The position numbers and the translations under genes are program-made. A DNA stretch of 55,937 nucleotides from a virus: the IMG/VR virus record IMGVR_UViG_3300046115_000049, positions 1 to 55,937 of that record; one strand, written 5' to 3'. A model generated the notes under the pieces. That model was not told the origin of the DNA and searched no databases. It was given only the letters and a program-made list of their open reading frames with translations. This document shows, piece by piece, positions 18,786-26,684 of this stretch (position 1 is the stretch's first letter; each line of letters begins with the position of its first letter).

Positions 18786-19222
18786 AACTCCTTCTTGTAG
18801 GAGACTTCTACCTTCTTATACTTGAGAGCCGAATACAGCTTCTCGATGTCATCGGTCGGCGCTATCATAAACAATGTCCTAGCGCCGCGCTCGGTAGCCC
18901 ACGCCTCCCCCACCTTTAGTAGTCTCAAACCCGTCATCCCTCGGAATGCCGGGTCCACCCACCAGAATATCTCTCCGCACACCGTATGGCCCGAGACAGG
19001 GTGGACGTATGTGCGCAATCCTAACACACCGACCATACGCCCGTCTAGTTCTGCCACGAAGACGACGCTATCGCTACCACCGATGAGGGCAGACATGCTG
19101 TTAACCAATGCCATCTCGTCGAACTCGATCAAGGAGTTGTATGGCGGCGATGATAGAAACCGCGTTACCATCCCGACGGCTGAGGCGACATCAGTAGGGA
19201 CGGCTTCACGGATAGTCGTCAT
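18776..19222 (-). CDS. GNAT-family N-acetyltransferase
   Basis: 148 aa. It has an acetyl-CoA-binding-type block, GEIFWWVDPAFRGMTGLRLLKVGEAWATERGA, with typical GNAT length and layout. It overlaps both neighbours. Confidence 0.6.
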   Translation of the reverse strand: MTTIREAVPTDVASAVGMVTRFLSSPPYNSLIEFDEMALVNSMSALIGGSDSVVFVAELDGRMVGVLGLRTYVHPVSGHTVCGEIFWWVDPAFRGMTGLRLLKVGEAWATERGARTLFMIAPTDDIEKLYSALKYKKVEVSYKKELWS

Positions 19223-19704
19223 CGGATGGACTCTACTACTGCGATGAACGTATATTGCATCGTCGTCTCCCCACTGGACGCGTAGGTAATTTCGTAGTCA
19301 ATCGTCGTCCCCTCGTCGATCTCGACTACGAGTGCCGCCTGACCGAGTGTGGTCGTAGTGTTGCCGGTCAACGCCGTCGCTACTATAGATTGCGCGACCC
19401 CCCCGTGTGTAAAATGGATTGTAACAGTTAGCGATGACGACGTGGTAGCCGCCCGCGTCACTCGGGCGAAGTAATTGATGCGGTAGGTCCCGGCCGCAAG
19501 AGGAGACGGAAGCGCGAAGGGTGTCTGCGCGATCGTCGCGGACTGATCTTCGAGTTCCGCTTCTCCGAGCAGTAATGGTATGTGTCGTTCTGCTAACCCT
19601 CGTAGCCACTGTTCCCATTCCTTCAACACCTCACCCGTCCCGAAATTCGGCTTGACAGCCGCAATCGGAATACGACTGGGGATGGGTTGGTACTGATGTG
19701 ACAT
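19219..19704 (-). CDS. Beta-rich structural protein (tail needle/plug position in a P22-type order)
   Basis: 161-aa ORF immediately downstream of the gp10-like gene. No motif was recognised. Confidence 0.4.
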   Translation of the reverse strand: MSHQYQPIPSRIPIAAVKPNFGTGEVLKEWEQWLRGLAERHIPLLLGEAELEDQSATIAQTPFALPSPLAAGTYRINYFARVTRAATTSSSLTVTIHFTHGGVAQSIVATALTGNTTTTLGQAALVVEIDEGTTIDYEITYASSGETTMQYTFIAVVESIR

Positions 19705-21149
19705 TATGACACCCGTAGATATGCGTTAATGATATGCCACGGGACTGGATCACTCATGGCGATCTCGAATACGCGGCGATCGGATTGGCCGAGTTTGTTG
19801 AACTCTACGCGCGTTTTCCACTTTCCTATTGCCCCGGACGAGCGGGTATGTTCGTTACCCCACGTAACGGCACCGTTATTCGACATCCGCATCATCACGA
19901 GTGGATTCGAGCCCTGTCCACTCTCCAGCCCTCGTCCTACGGCCATGTCGATACCCAGCTGGTGATAGCGAATGCGTCGTCCGGCAGCGGCGACGTGGGG
20001 AAAGCGCCGCACCCTGCGTATTTCGGCATCCGCCACGTCAGAGTGATGCTGCATTCCTACCGCATAGATGTTACCTCCATGTAGATCACAGAACAAGTGC
20101 TTGTCGAAGGCGAACGCGTGATGCGTGAATCGCCACGCTCGCTCGCGCGTGTTATTCGCATCCCAATACATGCGCTCATGCCACATTCCCGTAGACCGAT
20201 CGAGTGTCCACGTCGCGTCGGCGTCCGGGAAGGTAAGAACGTAATGCTCATGTCCGTCCATCTCATGAACGGTGCCGATCGCGTCGTCAATCGTGGCACC
20301 GGCGCGGACGTAATCCTGTATCGCCGCCTCCACGGCGTGGTTACTTACTCGGGCGGGAGCGTATTGGGTAGCCTGCATAACTACGCCGCCACCCTTATCT
20401 CCTTTAGCTAGCCAGATGACGCCGGTGCCGAATTCGGCTATCGATGCGCGAGCGGCGATGCCCTCAGTGTGGTACGCGCCTTGAATCGGCAAGAATGGGA
20501 ACGGGTGCGCCCCCGCATTGTACCATACTTCATACGACTTGGTGCCTAGCAGCCAGATTTCACGATGAATGACCACCATTGCGACCCACTTGTCTGACCC
20601 GATAGCGCGAACGCGAAATTGGGTAGGGTCCCACGTAGTGCCATCGGCGTAAGCGCTAATCTTCAATTCGCTATTCTCGGTCAGCACGAGGAAGAATCCG
20701 TCGAGGTACGCTCCCGCTATCGCTGAGTCTATATCGGCAATTCGGGTGAACGTATTGGCAACGAGATCGAACAGGTACGCCGAGCCCCCCGACGTGACGA
20801 GAAGCTCTTGTCCGATTTCGCCACTAGAGCTGATGGTGACAGGATGGTTATTAACGTCGACGGGTCCGTAATCGACGAGGATTCCGGCGGAGGTGAACTC
20901 ATAGAAGATTCCTCCAATAACCGTGAAGCCTCTACCATCTTGATGAAATATACCGCGCCCATGAGAGTTCGAGGACGTTGCGAACGTAGTAGCGCCCGGA
21001 GTCGGCACCAATGATAGTTGGTTCTTACCATTAGGGACCTCAACTATTTCAGGAAACAGATTTACGCAGCGCTCAGCATCGGCGACGCCGAAGCGGGTTT
21101 TGTAAGTCGGACCAACGAAGCCGGGGAACGGGATGGCGCCTTTAACCAT
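19704..21149 (-). CDS. P22 gp10-like packaged-DNA stabilisation / tail hub protein
   Basis: 481 aa. It shows the patterns CVNLFPE....GKNQLSLVPTPG...GRG...DGRGFTVIGGIFYEF and SAYADGTTWDP.QF..A.GSD....V..HREIWLLGTKSYEVWYNAG, as in gp10-type beta-propeller proteins. Confidence 0.55.
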   Translation of the reverse strand: MVKGAIPFPGFVGPTYKTRFGVADAERCVNLFPEIVEVPNGKNQLSLVPTPGATTFATSSNSHGRGIFHQDGRGFTVIGGIFYEFTSAGILVDYGPVDVNNHPVTISSSGEIGQELLVTSGGSAYLFDLVANTFTRIADIDSAIAGAYLDGFFLVLTENSELKISAYADGTTWDPTQFRVRAIGSDKWVAMVVIHREIWLLGTKSYEVWYNAGAHPFPFLPIQGAYHTEGIAARASIAEFGTGVIWLAKGDKGGGVVMQATQYAPARVSNHAVEAAIQDYVRAGATIDDAIGTVHEMDGHEHYVLTFPDADATWTLDRSTGMWHERMYWDANNTRERAWRFTHHAFAFDKHLFCDLHGGNIYAVGMQHHSDVADAEIRRVRRFPHVAAAGRRIRYHQLGIDMAVGRGLESGQGSNPLVMMRMSNNGAVTWGNEHTRSSGAIGKWKTRVEFNKLGQSDRRVFEIAMSDPVPWHIINAYLRVS

Positions 21150-21865
21150 TAGTGTCCGGTCCGGTAATCGAATCCGCTACCGCCAGTGCGGCGGTTGCCG
21201 CGAGTAATGGCGGTATCGACCGGCACAACCTCGGGAATGATGTTCTGGATCATGATGTCGGCCTTCGAATCCTCGGCCTGTTTGATCAAGCGCTGCGAAG
21301 GCTCGATCTCATAGCCGGGGGCTAGCTCGACGGCGAGATTCGTGCGAATCGCCCGAGCGTAACCGGGCGGGAAGGCGTATAAGGTCGTCGGGGTAGTGAA
21401 CTGGGACAACACCAGCGGACAATACAGGATAAGGTTGACGCTAACACTCGGCACCGGGTACAGATACAGATTGCTGAGCGGGTTGGCACGATCGTTATAC
21501 AGCAGGTGTGGAATGGACGACTGCGTTGCCTTCAACGGTACTCGCTGCCATTCAGCCACGTCATCCGTCACATACAGCGGGGTCTCGTGCCCTTCGTGCA
21601 CGATGCTGGCTTTATTCATGAACACAGGGCGAGCACGATTAAAGTTGCCGCCCACACCGATGGTGCGGGTGGACGCGCCGCCTGTCCACGTCAGCGGTAC
21701 TCGTTCGGTCGTGTAGACGATGAGACGGTCGATGGCCCAGGCGTCAATCATATCATTGAGATCGGCGAACCCATCGGCTAGGTCTTCCGCCTCAAGCGTC
21801 TCACCGGCGGCGACAACGCCAATGGACTTGAGCGCCCGAGTTATGAACGATTGAGCGTGAGGCAT
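21149..21865 (-). CDS. P22 gp4-like head-completion / tail adaptor protein
   Basis: The N-terminus FITRALKSIGVVAAGETLEAEDLADGFADLNDMIDAW matches the gp4-type pattern (AL..LGV....L..E......L..M...W). It sits directly upstream of the gp10-like gene. Confidence 0.55.
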   Translation of the reverse strand: MPHAQSFITRALKSIGVVAAGETLEAEDLADGFADLNDMIDAWAIDRLIVYTTERVPLTWTGGASTRTIGVGGNFNRARPVFMNKASIVHEGHETPLYVTDDVAEWQRVPLKATQSSIPHLLYNDRANPLSNLYLYPVPSVSVNLILYCPLVLSQFTTPTTLYAFPPGYARAIRTNLAVELAPGYEIEPSQRLIKQAEDSKADIMIQNIIPEVVPVDTAITRGNRRTGGSGFDYRTGH

Positions 21866-21877
21866 CGACCGTCTCCT

Positions 21878-22234
21878 TTACTTGTCCAGCTGCTTCTGCA
21901 GCTTGGTGACCTGCTTGATCAGCTCGGACCGCGCCCTGTCGGACGCTTCGAGTTCCTCGGATAGCGACGTAACCTTCGTGGTAGCGACGGACAGCGCCTC
22001 TTCGAGTTCGTCGATTCGGGCAAGAGCGGCAGCATCAGCCCCGTCACCGCTAGCCGATGTTGACGATGCGACCGGCTCGCAGTCATCCGGTGACTCGACC
22101 CAGCCGTCGCGAATTGCTGCCGCCAGCGCCTCCATCGTCTTCACTACCTGATTCTCGACGCCCGATGCCGTCCGCTTGAACAGGTACTTCGGGAGGTGAT
22201 CCTTCACCTCGTCTTCCTTCTTCTTAGTAGTCAT
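21878..22234 (-). CDS. Hypothetical coiled-coil protein
   Basis: 118-aa acidic protein with a C-terminal heptad-like region. Confidence 0.4.
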   Translation of the reverse strand: MTTKKKEDEVKDHLPKYLFKRTASGVENQVVKTMEALAAAIRDGWVESPDDCEPVASSTSASGDGADAAALARIDELEEALSVATTKVTSLSEELEASDRARSELIKQVTKLQKQLDK

Positions 22235-22239
22235 ACGGC

Positions 22240-22578
22240 TTACCTGCCCCCTTCTTCTTTGCCTTTTTCTTTTTCTTTGCCATCGATCACCGCCTTTGAT
22301 TTCTTGCCGGTGCGCGCATCGAGCTTCTCGCCCGGGTTTGCCTTAGCGTAGAGCGATTCGAGTGCCTTGATTGCTGCTTCGTACACGACGCCGACGTCCG
22401 CTACTTCTCCTTTGACGAAGCGTGACTGGAGGAGCTGGGCCTCGCCAAGCTGCTTATTACAGTGACCAAGTTCATCCAGCTTCTGTCCCAGTAGCGCCTT
22501 GTAATCCACGGTCGTCTGTGCGGACAAGGCCACGAACATCAGTGCTGTCGTTACTACCGTCGCTACTCTGTGCCTCAT
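22240..22578 (-). CDS. Small secreted protein (Sec signal peptide); possibly a spanin-like lysis component
   Basis: ATG at 22578 gives MRHRVATVVTTALMFVALSA|QTT. The C-terminus is Lys/Glu rich. Confidence 0.45.
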   Translation of the reverse strand: MRHRVATVVTTALMFVALSAQTTVDYKALLGQKLDELGHCNKQLGEAQLLQSRFVKGEVADVGVVYEAAIKALESLYAKANPGEKLDARTGKKSKAVIDGKEKEKGKEEGGR

Positions 22579-22626
22579 TTCTGCCCCTATAGAGGATACC
22601 ACACTATGACTACTACGGCAAGACGC

Positions 22627-22974
22627 CTACGTCGTACGATTCTTGTTCCCGTCATCTACCGGGTACGAGATCTGGGGAATGTGGTCGGTTGGGGTTGAAG
22701 CCGGGGCGAACGTCCCCTCCTTCGCGATCAGATCCTTCACGCCCTCATACGTCCAGCCCGGAGGGAGCGCCAGCGATGTGTTAACGAGGCGTCGATCCTT
22801 CACCTTGTTCCACGCAATCCACGCAGTGCCCCCTACCGCCAGTGTGATGCCAGTAACCAGCTGCGGCACTTGATCCTCTTTTAAAACACCTTCCTGAATC
22901 AAATACCCGATGACTCCCCCGAGAGCCAGCCGTACCAAGCCTCCAATGATTGAGATCCAGATCGTCGGCATCAC
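22627..22974 (-). CDS. Two-TMD membrane protein, holin candidate
   Basis: 115 aa with two hydrophobic helices (IWISIIGGLVRLALGGVIGYLI and LVTGITLAVGGTAWIAW) and a charged tail. Confidence 0.45.
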   Translation of the reverse strand: MMPTIWISIIGGLVRLALGGVIGYLIQEGVLKEDQVPQLVTGITLAVGGTAWIAWNKVKDRRLVNTSLALPPGWTYEGVKDLIAKEGTFAPASTPTDHIPQISYPVDDGNKNRTT

Positions 22975-22983
22975 TCACTCCTT

Positions 22984-23202
22984 CTATTTAGGTACGTGCG
23001 TCCAGCAGGCATCGACCGGCTGCGTACCAGCCCGGATGCAGGCTCGGACCTGACCTTCCGAAATCTCACCAACTTGCACTTTAATCGCCTGAATCTCAAA
23101 GAAGTAGGTATAGGTCATCACACCGGCAAGTACAAGTGCGACAACAGCCCACAGGCCATCTTTAGACCAGACCTGCTCCAAGATCCGTACGTACCAAGGC
23201 AT
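22984..23202 (-). CDS. Single-TMD small membrane protein (holin/antiholin candidate)
   Basis: 72 aa with the helix GLWAVVALVLAGVMTYTYFF. Confidence 0.4.
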   Translation of the reverse strand: MPWYVRILEQVWSKDGLWAVVALVLAGVMTYTYFFEIQAIKVQVGEISEGQVRACIRAGTQPVDACWTHVPK

Positions 23203-23597
23203 CAGCGTACGTAGCGCAATCTCCCGGAGGCGATGTCCTCACAGGTCTTGCGCGATCGGTCGGCCGTTTCGTTTCCAGAGATGCAGGCTTCTAGCATCAG
23301 GTTCACCGAGAGCAATTCGCGCTCCTCCGCCCGTTTCGCCCGTACGTCCGCCTCTACCGCCAAGACTTCCAGTCGCTCCATCCGTTTCGCCGCCACTTGG
23401 TCGCTTTCCACGTGCGCCAGATGCGCCTTTTCTGCACGGAGATCCGCTCCGATGTAGGCTGAGAGCCACTGGAATCCAGCGAAGAACGTCGCGAGGATGA
23501 ACACGTTCTTCCACCCACCTAGCGCCTTCGTGAGTTTACCGAATGACTCCAGTTCTTTCCCGAAAGCTGTAGCAAACACCGCCCAGATAGGCATCAT
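23202..23597 (-). CDS. Membrane protein with a coiled-coil domain (i-spanin-like candidate)
   Basis: 131 aa with hydrophobic segments (MMPIWAVFATAF, VFILATFFAGFQWL) followed by a charged helical region. Confidence 0.4.
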   Translation of the reverse strand: MMPIWAVFATAFGKELESFGKLTKALGGWKNVFILATFFAGFQWLSAYIGADLRAEKAHLAHVESDQVAAKRMERLEVLAVEADVRAKRAEERELLSVNLMLEACISGNETADRSRKTCEDIASGRLRYVR

Positions 23598-25220
23598 CTA
23601 CCTCTTTGCAGCCCCAAACGTACGATCCAAGAACGGTACCGGTGCCGACGCTGCAGGAATGTTTGCGCGCGGGATGCGGACGAAGTATGCGTCCATGCGA
23701 TCTGTCCCGCCGTTCGTCATCACTAGCAGCCAGCGCCCGTCGCTAGACATCGGCGGCTTCGGTGCGCCATAGTAGGGAGCCGTCTCGTCGCCACCCTTAC
23801 CGGCCGCGTCGAAGTCCGTCATCGACGGCCCGACCACTAGCCACTGTGCCGCACCCCAGAACCCACACACTAGCTCGCGCTCGATCGTCCAGTCGTTATC
23901 TGGCGCCGGAGACGTGGTTAACGTGCAGGCGATCTGTTGATTGAACGGCAACACGGCCGTGTCCTGCGCCGTGAGCATCGTTGGCTGGACGAAGCTGTTC
24001 GAGCCGAACTCCACGTTGTGATAGACGGACGGCGGCGCGGTGCCCATCGCCGGCATCGACAGGAATTGGTTATGTCGCAGATCTTGCCCGAGCGAGCTGT
24101 GATTATCTTCCGCGACGTAGCCCTGCCACACCGGGCTCAAGTGGCCTGGCGCACCGTCCTGGTCGCACCAGATCGTCGTCGTATCGAGGGTGAAGTCGCG
24201 GACGTACATGTCCGCGCCGTGCGCGCCAGGGTTCGTCGGATGCGACTCGCACTCTACGGCTTGATTGATCCATGTGCCGAAACGCCCATCAGGCGTGATG
24301 CCCGAGTCGCCGCCACCCATGCCGAAGTACGTTGTTGTGTTCGCCGTGGACCAATCGTCGATGAACGCATTGCAGATGAACCCGTCGTCCGGGTCGAGCA
24401 CGTAGAACGTCGCGACGATCTTCCCCGCAGACGCGGTGTAGCCGTTATTGGCGATGTAGAACGACCAGACGTTCGCATTCGCAATCGAGGCCGCGGTCAC
24501 GCCGCAATTCGTCGCCACGAGATCGCGAAAGGTCGAGTTCTGAATGTCGAGCAGCAGCTCGCAGTCGCCTGCGTCGGTTGAGTCGAGCGGCAGGTTAGCC
24601 GTGGCCGCGTTGCAACGACGAATCTCGCTGTCTACCGTGATGTACAGGATGTCGGCCTCGGTCGGGGACACCATCCAGTTATCCGTGCGGCTGTTGACCC
24701 CGGCCAGCCGATCACCCGTACCGAACAACCGCGTCTTGGTCCGCACGGCTGGCTGCTGCGAGAAGTCCACGCAGACCTTGAACGCGCCCGAGTACGCCAG
24801 CACGATGACCGCGCACACCGGCGTGCCGGGGTCCGCGTCCTGCTGCCGTCCGCGCGAGAAGAACTGCGCCTTATTGCTGTACCACGCCTGCCGTACGCAG
24901 TCATCGACCGTGCCTTCAAGGTCCGGGTCAATCGTCCCGTCAACGCAGTCGTTCGCGTCCGTCAGGCGGTACCATAGCGTCCCGTATGGACTGCCCATCG
25001 TGAACGCGCCATGCGTGGCCGGAACACCCATCGTCGCCCAATCGAAGGCGTCCTGATCGCGCTTCGCGCCGGGCGAGGCCACCGTGAACACGATACCGCC
25101 CGTGCTGTCGGACAGCTGCTCGCCACCAGCATTGATGACAATGCCGATCCGGATCTGTGCCGCTACAGGTGACGACAGCACCAAGATTAGCGCCGCGATC
25201 ATCAACCTAAAAATTCGCAT
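23598..25220 (-). CDS. Predicted secreted beta-propeller-like protein (possible polysaccharide-degrading enzyme)
   Basis: 540 aa. The signal peptide is MRIFRLMIAALILVLSSPVAA|QI. The C-terminal SSDGRWLLVMTNGGTDRMDAYFVRIP is a TolB/propeller-type blade motif. Confidence 0.5.
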   Translation of the reverse strand: MRIFRLMIAALILVLSSPVAAQIRIGIVINAGGEQLSDSTGGIVFTVASPGAKRDQDAFDWATMGVPATHGAFTMGSPYGTLWYRLTDANDCVDGTIDPDLEGTVDDCVRQAWYSNKAQFFSRGRQQDADPGTPVCAVIVLAYSGAFKVCVDFSQQPAVRTKTRLFGTGDRLAGVNSRTDNWMVSPTEADILYITVDSEIRRCNAATANLPLDSTDAGDCELLLDIQNSTFRDLVATNCGVTAASIANANVWSFYIANNGYTASAGKIVATFYVLDPDDGFICNAFIDDWSTANTTTYFGMGGGDSGITPDGRFGTWINQAVECESHPTNPGAHGADMYVRDFTLDTTTIWCDQDGAPGHLSPVWQGYVAEDNHSSLGQDLRHNQFLSMPAMGTAPPSVYHNVEFGSNSFVQPTMLTAQDTAVLPFNQQIACTLTTSPAPDNDWTIERELVCGFWGAAQWLVVGPSMTDFDAAGKGGDETAPYYGAPKPPMSSDGRWLLVMTNGGTDRMDAYFVRIPRANIPAASAPVPFLDRTFGAAKR

Positions 25221-26041
25221 TACCAGCTCCTCCAGCCAGTCCGTTGTGCGGGTCTACCTACCTTGATATTACCATTGGGCAGTCGCGTAACGCTAGGCAG
25301 CAGGTACGACCACCCGCCGCCGCGAAGCGGAAAATTGGGCACGATGCCCGGGACGAACGACGCCCCGCTGCCATCCTCACTGATCGCCCACCCTATGTCG
25401 AATGCCGCCTGCGTCCCGGAGAATGTCCACGTGAAATTGTATGACTCCGCACCGGTCGCGCGCCGATGCGCACAATTTACGTATACCGTGCCATCGTTGC
25501 CATTCATGTTGGTTTCAGATGTCGCACCGCTAGACGTAACAGTAGAGACGGCGGTAGCGGCAAGACACCCGATCATCAACGCTGGACCCGTCGAGGTAAT
25601 CGTCACACCGGTATATGGAGCACCGGTAGCGGACCCGTTGGAAGATCCGGTCGGTGTGTGCTGAATACAGGGTGACGCGACGATACCGGAGAAGATCGGC
25701 GCAACTAGCACCGATGCCGTGCCGCCGGGATCGTCAATCGTATGTAGCGTCGAACCGCCAGCGGCGCGGCACAATATCCAGCCGTTAACGCTGCTGCCGA
25801 GCGCCTGCACGGAGTTAATCGCCGAGTAGGTATTCCCGGAGGATGAAGGCGTACCATCCGACTGGATACCCAGTTTTACCACGAACAACATGACCGTCTC
25901 GTCCGCGTTCGGGCTGTTCGTGATTTCGTAGTCGTCCGGATCACCGGTGACCGGCGTCGGCGCAGACACGAAGGCGTACGCGGCGAGTAGCACCGCAGTA
26001 GCCGACATGCACAACAATAGCGATAATACGAATTTCTTCAT
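25220..26041 (-). CDS. Predicted secreted protein, paralog of 26038-26679
   Basis: The start ATG at 26041 overlaps the upstream stop (ATGA). The signal peptide is MKKFVLSLLLCMSATAVLLAAYA|F. It shares a C-terminal PGIVPNFPLRG motif with its neighbour (PGIIPNFIWRG). Confidence 0.5.
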   Translation of the reverse strand: MKKFVLSLLLCMSATAVLLAAYAFVSAPTPVTGDPDDYEITNSPNADETVMLFVVKLGIQSDGTPSSSGNTYSAINSVQALGSSVNGWILCRAAGGSTLHTIDDPGGTASVLVAPIFSGIVASPCIQHTPTGSSNGSATGAPYTGVTITSTGPALMIGCLAATAVSTVTSSGATSETNMNGNDGTVYVNCAHRRATGAESYNFTWTFSGTQAAFDIGWAISEDGSGASFVPGIVPNFPLRGGGWSYLLPSVTRLPNGNIKVGRPAQRTGWRSW

Positions 26042-26679
26042 CGCTGCGCTCTCCGCACTTGACGCATATTCGGCAACTGGAACCCGAATACCGGCTTGCT
26101 TCCTCGCCAAATAAAATTAGGGATGATACCCGGCGATGATACACTATACTCGACCGCCATGCGCGTGAAATCCACCGCCAGTGTGTTAGTCGCGTCAGTA
26201 GACCAGATGACCCCACTAAATGTTCCTGAATTGATCATCGCTGCCGTGATCGCCGCGCTCCACAAGTCCGCGATTCCACCATTAGAGGATACTACCTTTG
26301 TTGTCCCATTAACTGTAACCGCCGACTTGGCCGACCCGATTAGCGTGGGCGTCGTATTCGAAGCAAGTTGTGGAATGTAGTTCGAGTTACCCGTACCCGT
26401 CTCACTCGCTTCGATGTCGAATGTTACACCGCCAACCGTCGCCCCAGCCGGTATAGAGAAGGAGAAGTTGCACACTAGGTAGTCGGACGGCACTACTACC
26501 GTCGCATCGGTCGCGTTATCGGACGCAGCGTTAGTAGGATTCGTCCATGCGGTCTGCGCGGCACGGTCGACGTTAGCACAGGTAGTCGGAAATACATTAC
26601 CCGTACTGGTCGCCAGTAATACGGCGGTCGCCAGTAGCAATGCTAACACGACTACGGCCCCTTTGTGCTTAAACGCCAT
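26038..26679 (-). CDS. Predicted secreted or membrane-anchored protein
   Basis: 213 aa. The N-terminus is MAFKHKGAVVVLALLLATAVLLATSTG. The C-terminal motif is PGIIPNFIWRG. Confidence 0.5.
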   Translation of the reverse strand: MAFKHKGAVVVLALLLATAVLLATSTGNVFPTTCANVDRAAQTAWTNPTNAASDNATDATVVVPSDYLVCNFSFSIPAGATVGGVTFDIEASETGTGNSNYIPQLASNTTPTLIGSAKSAVTVNGTTKVVSSNGGIADLWSAAITAAMINSGTFSGVIWSTDATNTLAVDFTRMAVEYSVSSPGIIPNFIWRGSKPVFGFQLPNMRQVRRAQR

Positions 26680-26684
26680 GTCAT

